Source: an uncultured Bdellovibrionales bacterium (GTDB lineage: Bacteria > Patescibacteriota > Minisyncoccia > Moranbacterales > GWC2-37-73). Taken from it: a stretch of DNA of 64,000 nucleotides. Position numbers and translations under genes: made by a program. Positions 1 through 7,998 of the stretch are shown here, one piece after another. Within the stretch, counting starts at the first letter, position 1. Each line of letters begins with the position of its first letter. The DNA lies in NCBI GenBank assembly GCA_964609855.1, contig CAZSTB010000001.1:119170-183169 (forward strand), read 5' to 3'. Below the pieces are notes generated by a model. It worked only from the letters and a program-made list of their open reading frames with translations. It ran no database searches and was not told the DNA's origin.

Positions 1-960
1 CATTTAACCGAATTTTTAATCGGTTATCAAAATACTTGTATTGTGATTTCGCATGATGCTGACTTCTTGAATTCTTTTACGGACGGAGTTTTGTACCTGG
101 ATGTTTTTACGCGAAAAGTTGATCAATATCTAGGCGATTATTATGTGGTGGTTGCTGAAATCGCTGCGCGCATCGAAAAAGAAAAAATGAAAAATGCGCA
201 ATATGAAAAAGAAATTATTGCCAACAAGGAAAAGGCGAACTTTTTTGCGAATAAAGGAGGAAAAATGCGTCTTGTGGCGCGCCGCATGCGTGATAAAGCC
301 GAAGAAATGGAAGCTGCAAAGGTTGATGTGCGAAGAGAAGACCAGTCAATTAGAGGCTTTACGATTCCCACACAAGACGACCTTGTCGGTGATATCATTA
401 AAATCTCTGCTTTAACAGTGGTTATTAATCATCATCCATACCCGAAAGAGGTTAATGTTTCCCTGAAGAAAAATCAGCATCTGCTGCTGGCTGGGCCTAA
501 CGGAATCGGAAAAAGTACCCTATTGGAATCTATGGCAACCGGAAAAGCTGAGGGCGCAAAAATTTCTGAAAGTGTCCGGGTGGGATATTACCGTCAGGAT
601 TTTTCTACACTGAATTTTGAAGATACTGTATATGAATCTTTGGCTGGAGTAATGAACAGGACAGATGAGGAGAAATTACGTTCGGTGGCGTCAGGATTTT
701 TGATTGATCGCAAAATGATCAATTCGAAAATCGGCGTACTTTCTGAAGGACAAAAGGGCTTGGTTGCTTTTGCGCGCTTAGTGCTGCAAGAACCGGGACT
801 ACTGATTTTAGATGAACCCACTAATCACATAAACTTCCGCCATCTGCCGATTATTGCTCAGGCCTTGAGTAAATATGAAGGAGCGATGATATTGGTTTCC
901 CATGTTGCGGAATTCGTGGAGCAAATTCGCATTGATGAAATCTTGGACTTGGAAAAATAA
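1..960 (+). CDS. ABC-F family ATPase, 5'-truncated at window edge (C-terminal ABC domain present)
   Basis: Frame is open from nt 1. VISHD H-loop motif lies at the very start. A second Walker A (GPNGIGKST) and an LSEGQK...LILDEPTNH signature/Walker B follow. This is the tandem-ABC ABC-F architecture with no TM domain. Confidence 0.8.
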   Translation, partial: HLTEFLIGYQNTCIVISHDADFLNSFTDGVLYLDVFTRKVDQYLGDYYVVVAEIAARIEKEKMKNAQYEKEIIANKEKANFFANKGGKMRLVARRMRDKAEEMEAAKVDVRREDQSIRGFTIPTQDDLVGDIIKISALTVVINHHPYPKEVNVSLKKNQHLLLAGPNGIGKSTLLESMATGKAEGAKISESVRVGYYRQDFSTLNFEDTVYESLAGVMNRTDEEKLRSVASGFLIDRKMINSKIGVLSEGQKGLVAFARLVLQEPGLLILDEPTNHINFRHLPIIAQALSKYEGAMILVSHVAEFVEQIRIDEILDLEK

Positions 961-1046
961 TTTTTCAGCTCTCATCTTTCGACAAAGTGAAAGTGAAATT
1001 AAAAAACTGCAGATTTTGGGGAAATAAGAAAATTTATTGACCCTAT

Positions 1047-1076
1047 TGACAAAATCTCTGAAAGTGCTATTATTAA
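1047..1076 (+). promoter_or_regulatory. Candidate sigma70 promoter (TTGACA-16/17-TATTAT) for the cold-shock gene, leaving a ~95 nt 5'UTR
   Basis: ttgacaaaatctctgaaagtgctattatt upstream of csp. Long 5'UTRs are typical of csp genes. Confidence 0.35.
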
Positions 1077-1172
1077 AGGGCAAAAGTAGGACCTTCGCAA
1101 TAGAGTAGTCGAGCTTGTTTTAAAGCGCAGCCCACCCAACCCATGCATTTAACCAAACTTAGAAAATCTCAC

Positions 1173-1373
1173 ATGTCACAAGGAACAATCAAAAGATTGA
1201 CTGATCGTGGATTCGGATTCATTGCCCAAGAGGGTTCTGATAAGGATCTTTTCTTCCATGCCAAAGAACTGCAAAACGCAGAATTCAATGAAATGAAAGA
1301 AGGCGACCGTGTTGAATTCGAAGTTAGCGAAAGCCCGAAAGGACCTTGCGCTATCAACGTTTCACGCATCTAA
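1173..1373 (+). CDS. Cold-shock protein (CspA family, S1-like cold-shock domain)
   Basis: MSQGTIKRLTDRGFGFI...DLFFH carries the RNP1/RNP2 motifs. The internal Met at 1173 gives the typical ~66 aa length. The listed ORF begins at 1143. Confidence 0.9.
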   Translation: MSQGTIKRLTDRGFGFIAQEGSDKDLFFHAKELQNAEFNEMKEGDRVEFEVSESPKGPCAINVSRI

Positions 1374-1395
1374 TTATACTTCGTATAGTTTAGAG

Positions 1396-1436
1396 ATCTC
1401 AAAAACCCTCTTCGGAGGGTTTTTGTTTTGTTTTGA
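1396..1436 (+). terminator. Rho-independent terminator
   Basis: aaaaaccctcttcggagggtttttgttttgtttt: GC stem, loop and T-run directly after the csp stop. Confidence 0.6.
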
Positions 1437-1513
1437 TTGCAATTTATTGAAAATATGTATACAATTGGCAATCATGATATGATACCTATATTAAGCTGAA
1501 TCTGAATAAAAAT

Positions 1514-2602
1514 ATGGAATTTAAACAATTGGGTTGGGAAAAATATCGCGAAGCAGTGAAACTTGAAAGGGATTTCACTGAAAATGAAGTCGCGCGCGTT
1601 GCTATTGAGAACCGTGGCGGTTATTTGCTGTATTCGGTATTTGGGGAGCTGATAGGAATTGTTCAGGGAAAATTTATGCGAAGCGCGGTGAAAGAATCTG
1701 ATTATCCTAAGGTGGGTGATTGGGTATTAATGGAAAAGCTGCCAAGCGAACAAAAGGCTATCATTAAAGAAATATTACCGAGAATCACTAAGGTAAGCCG
1801 CAGGCGTGTGGCAAAAGATCGCAGTGCCAGCGATGATAAACAAGAGGAACAAATAATCGCGACCAATGTCGACATCGTCTTCATTGTGCAGGGACTTGAT
1901 GGCGACTTTAATGTTCCTAGGCTCGAGAGATATATTACCATGACAAAAGAAGGTGGTTGCAGGCCGATAGTCCTGTTGAATAAATGCGATGCAGTGACAG
2001 ATGGCGAAGAAAAAATGCAGCAGCTGCGTTTGTCACAAGAAAGCGTGGAGGCTTTTTTGGTAAGTGCAGTATCGGGCTATGGAATCGATCAGCTTCGAAA
2101 ATTCATCGAGCCAGGAACCTCGGTAGTTTTCGTAGGTTCTTCGGGTGTCGGAAAATCAACGCTATTGAACGCATTGGTGGGGATTGATTTGCAAAAGACA
2201 CAAGAAGTACGAATCGATGACAGCAGAGGGAGGCACACGACAACCAAGAGAGAATTATTTCTGTTGCCCCAGGGTGGAATACTTATAGACACACCCGGCA
2301 TGAGGGAGTTGGCACTGTGGGCGACACAGGACGCTGTGGTTGAGACTTTTCAGGACATGGAGCAACTCGCTGCTAACTGTAAATTTAATGACTGCGACCA
2401 CACGGTCAGTAATGGCTGCGCGATTTTGGCGGCCATTGAAAGTGGGGAAGTTTCCGAGGATAGATATCAGAGCTTCATAAAATTGCATGGAAATGTTTCA
2501 TCCGGAGATGGAAAAAGTAAAAAAAATGCTGCACTGGAAATGCGAACTTTGAAAAAGCAGATGCGCAAAGACGTTAATCGTTTCACGAAAAAGAAAAAAT
2601 GA
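1514..2602 (+). CDS. rsgA: Ribosome small-subunit-dependent GTPase A (RsgA/YjeQ)
   Basis: Circularly permuted GTPase order: NKCD (G4) comes before GSSGVGKSTLLNAL (G1) and DTPGMRE (G3). C-terminal zinc motif CKFNDCDHTVSNGC is present. Confidence 0.9.
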   Translation: MEFKQLGWEKYREAVKLERDFTENEVARVAIENRGGYLLYSVFGELIGIVQGKFMRSAVKESDYPKVGDWVLMEKLPSEQKAIIKEILPRITKVSRRRVAKDRSASDDKQEEQIIATNVDIVFIVQGLDGDFNVPRLERYITMTKEGGCRPIVLLNKCDAVTDGEEKMQQLRLSQESVEAFLVSAVSGYGIDQLRKFIEPGTSVVFVGSSGVGKSTLLNALVGIDLQKTQEVRIDDSRGRHTTTKRELFLLPQGGILIDTPGMRELALWATQDAVVETFQDMEQLAANCKFNDCDHTVSNGCAILAAIESGEVSEDRYQSFIKLHGNVSSGDGKSKKNAALEMRTLKKQMRKDVNRFTKKKK

Positions 2603-3012
2603 ACAAGAATAATTTAAGGGTCCTATTGAAGAAGCTTAACCGCCAAAATAAGAAAAAATTACTTGTGTTCAATGCTCCGAGAGAATTCCTATCAGTTTTG
2701 TGGGATATCGGACATGAGATAGAAGTGATTAGGTCATTGGGGAAAAATGAAAAAGTTGCCCTGGTGCTGACTTTTGTACGACAGGCAAAAGAAATTGAAA
2801 AATATGGTTCTCTAATAAATGATAGTGCGGAGACAGATGCAGTCATTTGGTTTGCTTTCCCAAAGAAGACCTCCAAGACTTACAAATCCAATATTGACGG
2901 AGAAAATGGTTGGGATGGATTGATTACTATGGGCTTTGAAAAAGCCGGAAGCATTTCCGTTGATAATGATTGGTCAGCGCTTCGCTTTAAAAAACTTCAA
3001 AAACGGCAATAA
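2599..3012 (+). CDS. Hypothetical protein (possibly DUF3052-like)
   Basis: ATGA overlap with the rsgA stop. Good coding frame. No motif recognised with certainty. Confidence 0.45.
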   Translation: MNKNNLRVLLKKLNRQNKKKLLVFNAPREFLSVLWDIGHEIEVIRSLGKNEKVALVLTFVRQAKEIEKYGSLINDSAETDAVIWFAFPKKTSKTYKSNIDGENGWDGLITMGFEKAGSISVDNDWSALRFKKLQKRQ

Positions 3013-3028
3013 GCCGTTTTTTTTATTT
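3001..3028 (+). terminator. Rho-independent terminator
   Basis: aaacggcaataagccgtttttttt overlaps the stop codon. Confidence 0.45.
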
Positions 3029-3084
3029 GTAATGAAAATTCTCAGACGGCGTATTAATGTATGTGATTTTCTAATGCAAGCAAT

Positions 3085-3498
3085 ATGGAAAAAATAATCA
3101 GGTCTGAGGATGAATGGCGAAAAATTCTTACACCCGAGCAGTTTCATGTTATGCGAGAAAAGGGCACGGAAATGGCATATTCATGCGCATGGAACGAGGA
3201 TAAACTTGAAAATGGAATTTTTCATTGTGCGGCTTGCGACTTGCCTCTGTTTTCAAGCGTCACGAAATTCGCATCAGGAACTGGCTGGCCTAGTTATTTT
3301 GCACCGCTTGAAAAAGAAAATATTGAAGAAAAAGAAGATTGGTCTTTGGGAGTTTTGCGCACTGAAGTCAGCTGCGCCCGTTGCGGCTCGCATTTGGGGC
3401 ATGTTTTTGAAGATGCCGCCGATACGCCGACAGGAAAAAGATATTGCATAAATTCCGTGGCGTTGAATTTTAAGTTTGAAAAGAATAATGAACAATGA
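3085..3498 (+). CDS. msrB: Peptide-methionine (R)-S-oxide reductase MsrB
   Basis: CAACDLPLF and CARCGSHLGHVF zinc CxxC pairs. GTGWPS catalytic region. Confidence 0.9.
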   Translation: MEKIIRSEDEWRKILTPEQFHVMREKGTEMAYSCAWNEDKLENGIFHCAACDLPLFSSVTKFASGTGWPSYFAPLEKENIEEKEDWSLGVLRTEVSCARCGSHLGHVFEDAADTPTGKRYCINSVALNFKFEKNNEQ

Positions 3499-4051
3499 TA
3501 ATCAAAAGAAAATTGAAAATTTTACGTTAGGCGGCGGGTGCTTTTGGTGCCTGCAGGCTATTTTTGAGCAGGTTCAAGGGGTAGAAAAAGTTATAGCGGG
3601 TTACAGTGGAGGAGTGGTTGCTAATCCAAATTATGAAGAGGTTTCCAGTGGCAAAACTGGATATGCTGAGGTTGTAAGGATTTATTATGATGCACAAAGC
3701 ATTTCCTTGGAGGATATTTTAAACATTTTTTTCAGTATTCATGACCCCACAACACTCAATAGGCAAGGTGCGGACGTTGGAACTCAGTATCGCTCAATAA
3801 TTTTATATGAAAATAAATTGGAGCATGATACGGCTGAGAAAGTAATGCTAAAATTAATTAATGAAAAAATTTTTGACGGCATGATTGTGACTGAACTTGC
3901 AGCGTTAGAAAATTTCTATCCAGCTGAAGAATATCATCAGCATTATTTTGAAAAAAACCCGACTGCGGCCTATTGCCAGTTAGTTGTTGCTCCAAAGGTT
4001 GCAAAATTCAGAAATGAATATCAAAAATTATTCAAGAAAAATTCCCTATGA
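3476..4051 (+). CDS. msrA: Peptide-methionine (S)-S-oxide reductase MsrA
   Basis: GGGCFWC active-site motif near the N-terminus. AGYSGG. Overlaps the msrB stop. Confidence 0.9.
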   Translation: MKRIMNNDNQKKIENFTLGGGCFWCLQAIFEQVQGVEKVIAGYSGGVVANPNYEEVSSGKTGYAEVVRIYYDAQSISLEDILNIFFSIHDPTTLNRQGADVGTQYRSIILYENKLEHDTAEKVMLKLINEKIFDGMIVTELAALENFYPAEEYHQHYFEKNPTAAYCQLVVAPKVAKFRNEYQKLFKKNSL

Positions 4052-4734
4052 AAAAGAAATATTTATTTTTTCTTTTTGGTATTTTGTTTTTGAGCTTTTT
4101 CATTATTTTTTACAGGAATTATTCTCCAGTAGCGCAGCAAATTCAAGAAAGCAAGCAAAGTCCAGCCGCGAAAAAAATAGAAAGTCAAGTGAATGAGAAT
4201 AATCTAGCGGTGCCTGGTCAGAATAAATCAGATGAATTTAAAATGCCTCTTGAAAAGACTTCGGAAAGAGTCACAAAGAAAGAATTCGGAAAATATGTAA
4301 CGCCCGAAAATTCTCCAGTCAGTCCGGAAAGATTCTCCGGATACCACACTGGTGTGGATTTCGAAATATTTCCCGGGGAAGAAAACGTTGAAATAAAAGT
4401 CTCTGCCATGTGCTCGGGAAAGTTGTTGGAGAAAAGATATGCTAGCGGATATGGCGGCGCGCTAGTTCAGTCTTGCCGGCTTAATAATGAGGACGTGACT
4501 GTAATTTATGGACATCTGGAGCTTGCCAGCATAGATAAAAAAATTGGTGACGATTTAAATGCTGGAGATCTTTTAGGAATTCTGGGCGATGGAAATAGCC
4601 AAGAAACAGATGGCGAACGTAAGCATTTACATCTTGGTATTCACAAAGGAAAAGATATAAATCTTTTGGGTTATGCAAAAAATCAAACTCAACTTTCGCA
4701 GTGGCACGATCCTTGTAAATGGGTTTGTGATTGA
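4048..4734 (+). CDS. M23 family metallopeptidase (LytM domain), membrane-anchored
   Basis: N-terminal TM segment. HTGVDF and GHLE...HLHLGIH zinc-binding motifs of peptidase M23. Confidence 0.75.
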   Translation: MKKKYLFFLFGILFLSFFIIFYRNYSPVAQQIQESKQSPAAKKIESQVNENNLAVPGQNKSDEFKMPLEKTSERVTKKEFGKYVTPENSPVSPERFSGYHTGVDFEIFPGEENVEIKVSAMCSGKLLEKRYASGYGGALVQSCRLNNEDVTVIYGHLELASIDKKIGDDLNAGDLLGILGDGNSQETDGERKHLHLGIHKGKDINLLGYAKNQTQLSQWHDPCKWVCD

Positions 4735-4805
4735 GTTTAAAGATAAAATTTCATAAACATTACTGCAAAATTATTAATCCATACTCATTAACATACGATA
4801 AAACC

Positions 4806-4834
4806 TTGACTTTTTCATTTTTATCCTGTATACT
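4806..4834 (+). promoter_or_regulatory. Strong sigma70-like promoter (TTGACT-17-TATACT) with no downstream ORF
   Basis: ttgactttttcatttttatcctgtatact. The next ~500 bp are palindrome-rich and have no convincing ORF. Confidence 0.45.
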
Positions 4835-4933
4835 ACTATGGTGCTAAAAAATAAAATAGTGATATTTTGCTGGGCCCGCAACAAATTTGAGTGGGCAAAT
4901 AAATATTTTATCTAATCAATAAGATATTTTTTT

Positions 4934-4996
4934 ATTGTCGAACGAAGTCGAGCGAAACGAAAATAAACTTTTCGTTTCCGAGCGAGTGATGACATC
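4934..4996. repeat. MITE-like inverted-repeat element, copy 1 (short form)
   Basis: attgtcgaacgaagtcgagcg...cgagcgagtgatgacatc. The termini match, in inverted orientation, the termini of the elements at 39627-39749 and 50724-50903. Confidence 0.5.
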
Positions 4997-5518
4997 AAAT
5001 AGGTTTAACCTGCCTGCCGGCAGGCAGGTACCTCGATGCTTGCGAGGGTTCGGGGCTTGCCCCAGGGTTAATACCTTTTATTTTCAAGCGACGCAAGTTG
5101 AAGTGATGAAATATTTCATCACTACTGATCAGTGCGGGGACGCATGAGCTTGAACAGCCTACTTTCCAGGGTGAGGAGAGTGAAAAATATTCTACTGTTA
5201 TTTTTAGGCCGAAACAAAACACCAATCGTTTACAAATAGCATTTATAAGTAAGCGAGCCATCATTAATATAGGACTTACGCGTTTATCATCAAATCTTTC
5301 GTTTTTTACGTCGGGTGGGATGGATTAGGATAATGAATGCGTGCGCCTTGAAAAAAATATGTCAAAATTTGAATTGCTTAAAAAGCTGGAATATTTAATC
5401 GCGTTTCAATCTAATTGTTTGCAGAGTGGGAACTGGGATGAATTCGACAAGATTGAAGATAGTATTAAGAAATTAGAAGTAAATATCCTTAAATCTATCG
5501 AATAAGAAATTTTGCTTT

Positions 5519-5935
5519 TCACTTGCGCCCTTTTCTTGAAGTGCAATATGCACATTTGCAGCCCATAGGTTTTATATAGGTATAAAAATACTCTTTGCCG
5601 TAATCATAACCAAGTTGTTCTCCAACCTCGATATTTCTCAGTGCAAAAATCAGTATCTGCTTTCTGCGAATTTGAACTTCACAGTTGGGCTGACATGAGT
5701 GATTGATGTAACGGCTCAAATTTTCGCGACCCTTGCCGTCAATGGCCCATTTGGAATCTATTTGGAATAAGTATTTTCCGCCTCTTAGCTCAGCTTCCTC
5801 GGTTGAAATCAGGTCGCCGGTATATTCAGAAACAAGTTTTCCTTGAGTGATTTTTTCTTTAGCAAAAAGTCCTAAACCGCTTGCAGAACGGCTTACTTGC
5901 ATTAAATTCGAATTTGTTAGTATGTATTTTGCCAT
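5519..5935 (-). CDS. SET-domain protein (putative lysine methyltransferase) with post-SET Cys cluster
   Basis: RYINHSCQPNC (NHSC SET signature), ELGEQLGYDY, and a C-terminal CKCAYC cysteine cluster. Confidence 0.8.
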   Translation of the reverse strand: MAKYILTNSNLMQVSRSASGLGLFAKEKITQGKLVSEYTGDLISTEEAELRGGKYLFQIDSKWAIDGKGRENLSRYINHSCQPNCEVQIRRKQILIFALRNIEVGEQLGYDYGKEYFYTYIKPMGCKCAYCTSRKGRK

Positions 5936-6071
5936 GATAGTTTATACAAACAACGCTCGAAAATTATTTTAGATTTAGATGGTCAAGATTGAATTTAGGT
6001 GCTAAAATATTTTCAAGTAATATTTAACGGCAGTTGCTTGAAAGTTGTTTTCCTAGCATGCATAAAAAATA

Positions 6072-6416
6072 ATGAAAATTGAAACTGAAGATGGTAAAAA
6101 AATTGAAGCTATTTTTAGGGTGCTAGAAATGCCTCAGAAAGAAATAGTTGAGCATATGGACAGGATCGGGGAAGCGTTGCTTATGGATGTTGTCGCTGAG
6201 GCCTTTGCGCAGAAAGATTTTTCTCCCGAGGAGGAACTCGCTAGCAAGGATGATTTAGCTAAATTCTTGTTGGAAAATTGCAGTGAGCAGGAAATAAAAG
6301 AATTTACCGCAATTGTTTTGCATGATGTGGTGGTTGAGTATTTTTCAAAAATGCTAAAAGAACTTCCGGATGAGAAAAGGGAAGAAATTGAAAGCATCTT
6401 AAACTCCATTGAATAA
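6072..6416 (+). CDS. Hypothetical acidic protein; 8 bp overlap suggests co-translation with the downstream sigma factor
   Basis: 114 aa, Glu/Asp-rich. No motif recognised. Confidence 0.45.
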   Translation: MKIETEDGKKIEAIFRVLEMPQKEIVEHMDRIGEALLMDVVAEAFAQKDFSPEEELASKDDLAKFLLENCSEQEIKEFTAIVLHDVVVEYFSKMLKELPDEKREEIESILNSIE

Positions 6417-6996
6417 GTTATCGAAAACTGATTCGGAACTGGTTGCTGATTATTTGGCGGGGGAAGAAGCTGTACTGGAGGAACTCGTTGAAAAATATCT
6501 CAAGCCACTTTATAATTTCGTCTACCAGCTTACGCATGATTCTGGTGCGGCTGAAGATATCGTGCAGGATGTATTTGTGAAAATGTGGAAAAATCTGGAT
6601 TCTTTCGATAGAGAAAAAAAATTCTCAACTTGGATTTTTGCGATAGCTAAGAATGCGGCATTGGATTGGTTGAAAAAGAAAAGAAGTTTTAGTTTTTCTT
6701 TTTTCTCGAGTGAGGCTGAAGCCAATGGGCTTGATGAAATTGAAGATGATTCCGCTTGGCATGGAAATGATCTATTAGAATTAATCGATAATAGAAAGGA
6801 TATAGAGAAATTACTGTCAACCATTTCTTCAGAAGCAAAGACAATTTTACTGCTTCATCAGGTGCATGGTTTTTCTTTGATGGAGGTTTCGCAAATCATG
6901 GGGCAATCTTCAAACACAACTAAAAGTAAGTATCGTAGAGCTATTTTGAATTTACGGAAGTTGGTAGGTGGCACTGCGCTGAAGACCTCGAAATAA
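6409..6996 (+). CDS. ECF-type RNA polymerase sigma-70 family factor
   Basis: Region 2 (DIVQDVFVKMWKNLDSFD...FSTWIFAIAKNAALDW) and region 4 HTH (LHQVHGFSLMEVSQIMGQSSNTTKSKYRRA). Confidence 0.85.
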   Translation: MNKLSKTDSELVADYLAGEEAVLEELVEKYLKPLYNFVYQLTHDSGAAEDIVQDVFVKMWKNLDSFDREKKFSTWIFAIAKNAALDWLKKKRSFSFSFFSSEAEANGLDEIEDDSAWHGNDLLELIDNRKDIEKLLSTISSEAKTILLLHQVHGFSLMEVSQIMGQSSNTTKSKYRRAILNLRKLVGGTALKTSK

Positions 6997-7103
6997 AAAG
7001 ATCAATCCCCTCGGATTGGTTTTTTATCGTCCAATGAAGTAAATGAAGTGGGTCCTAATCTTTTATTGCACCCAGACTGACAATTAATTCGTATTATAAA
7101 TAT

Positions 7104-7505
7104 ATGGAAAACAACTTGAATAAAATTTTTGCCCAAACGGAGCCTCCAAAACATTTGAAAGCTGCAGTTTTAAGGCAAATTAAGCTTGCTCAGACAAGAA
7201 AACTTCAGCGTGAGAAGCGTCTTTTTATGTTTGGTTTTTGCGCCAATGCGGCAATTTTTGCTTCTGCTATATTTATTTTTGGAAAACAATTGTTAGTTTC
7301 TGATTTTTGGAGCATTGCCTTGTTGGCTTTTACTGATTTCACTACAGTGGCTAGCTACTGGCAATCACTCGGAATGTCGCTGCTGGAAACATTTCCGGCA
7401 ATTTCGGTTGTAGGAATCTTGTTTCCGATATTCTTATTCCTATTCTTAGTGAGACAGTATGTTAATCAACATTTGAATAAGTTTACTCTAAAATTTTTAT
7501 ATTAA
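7104..7505 (+). CDS. Putative membrane anti-sigma factor (call rests on position and topology only)
   Basis: Directly downstream of the ECF sigma. Cytoplasmic N-terminal segment followed by hydrophobic helices. Confidence 0.35.
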   Translation: MENNLNKIFAQTEPPKHLKAAVLRQIKLAQTRKLQREKRLFMFGFCANAAIFASAIFIFGKQLLVSDFWSIALLAFTDFTTVASYWQSLGMSLLETFPAISVVGILFPIFLFLFLVRQYVNQHLNKFTLKFLY

Positions 7506-7506
7506 T

Positions 7507-7998
7507 ATGATGAAAAATATTGATCAAGTAGTTACTTCAAAATACTTTAAATTTATTTTATTTGGTCTGGGAGCAATAATTCTCTTGATAGCAGTCTTTT
7601 CCGCTGGGGTTAGGGTTGGTTTCAGGAAAGCCAGTTTTTCGAATGAATTTGGAGAAAATTATGAAAGAAATTTCATGGGTGGACCAAGAGGTCAAATGAT
7701 GGAAGGCCGGGGAAAATCCAATGGGCCAATGGGCGCATTCAGGGAATTTGAAGGGAGAGGCTTTCGTAATGCGCACGGAGTTGCTGGAAACATAATTTCA
7801 GTAAATGATGAAGTAATCATCATAAAAGATGGTGATAATAAAGAAAACACCGTAAGTATTACTGAAAAGACCCTAATTAAATCGCGCGGTGGCGATTTGG
7901 AAAAAAGCAGTCTCGAAAACGGTCAGCGTCTGGTTGTCGTGGGGAAGCCTGACAAAATGGGAACTATTGTGGCTGAGCTAATTAGGGTGTTTGAATAG
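7507..7998 (+). CDS. Membrane-anchored protein with a Gly/Arg-rich linker and a C-terminal beta-rich domain (paralog family A)
   Basis: N-terminal TM. C-terminal region aligns with 11291..11752 and 43641..44048 on a shared GxIISxx...IKxxDG...GQxxxVxGxxxxDGxIxAxxI pattern. Confidence 0.5.
   Translation: MMKNIDQVVTSKYFKFILFGLGAIILLIAVFSAGVRVGFRKASFSNEFGENYERNFMGGPRGQMMEGRGKSNGPMGAFREFEGRGFRNAHGVAGNIISVNDEVIIIKDGDNKENTVSITEKTLIKSRGGDLEKSSLENGQRLVVVGKPDKMGTIVAELIRVFE

Noticed and set aside
141-415. ORFs 141-398 (minus) and 194-415 (plus) inside the ABC-F gene
   Set aside because: They are antisense or out-of-frame within a clearly coding ABC ATPase region. No independent motif or RBS.
3110-3451. 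113 aa plus-strand ORF overlapping msrB in another frame
   Set aside because: msrB motifs are unambiguous in the other frame. The overlapping ORF is a frame artefact.
4840-5350. RNase P RNA, tmRNA, SRP RNA or 6S RNA in the promoter-fed non-coding region
   Set aside because: I found no P4-region GGAAAGUCCGG, no tRNA-like 3' end with a tag reading frame, and no SRP domain IV motif on either strand. I cannot assign it to a known RNA class.
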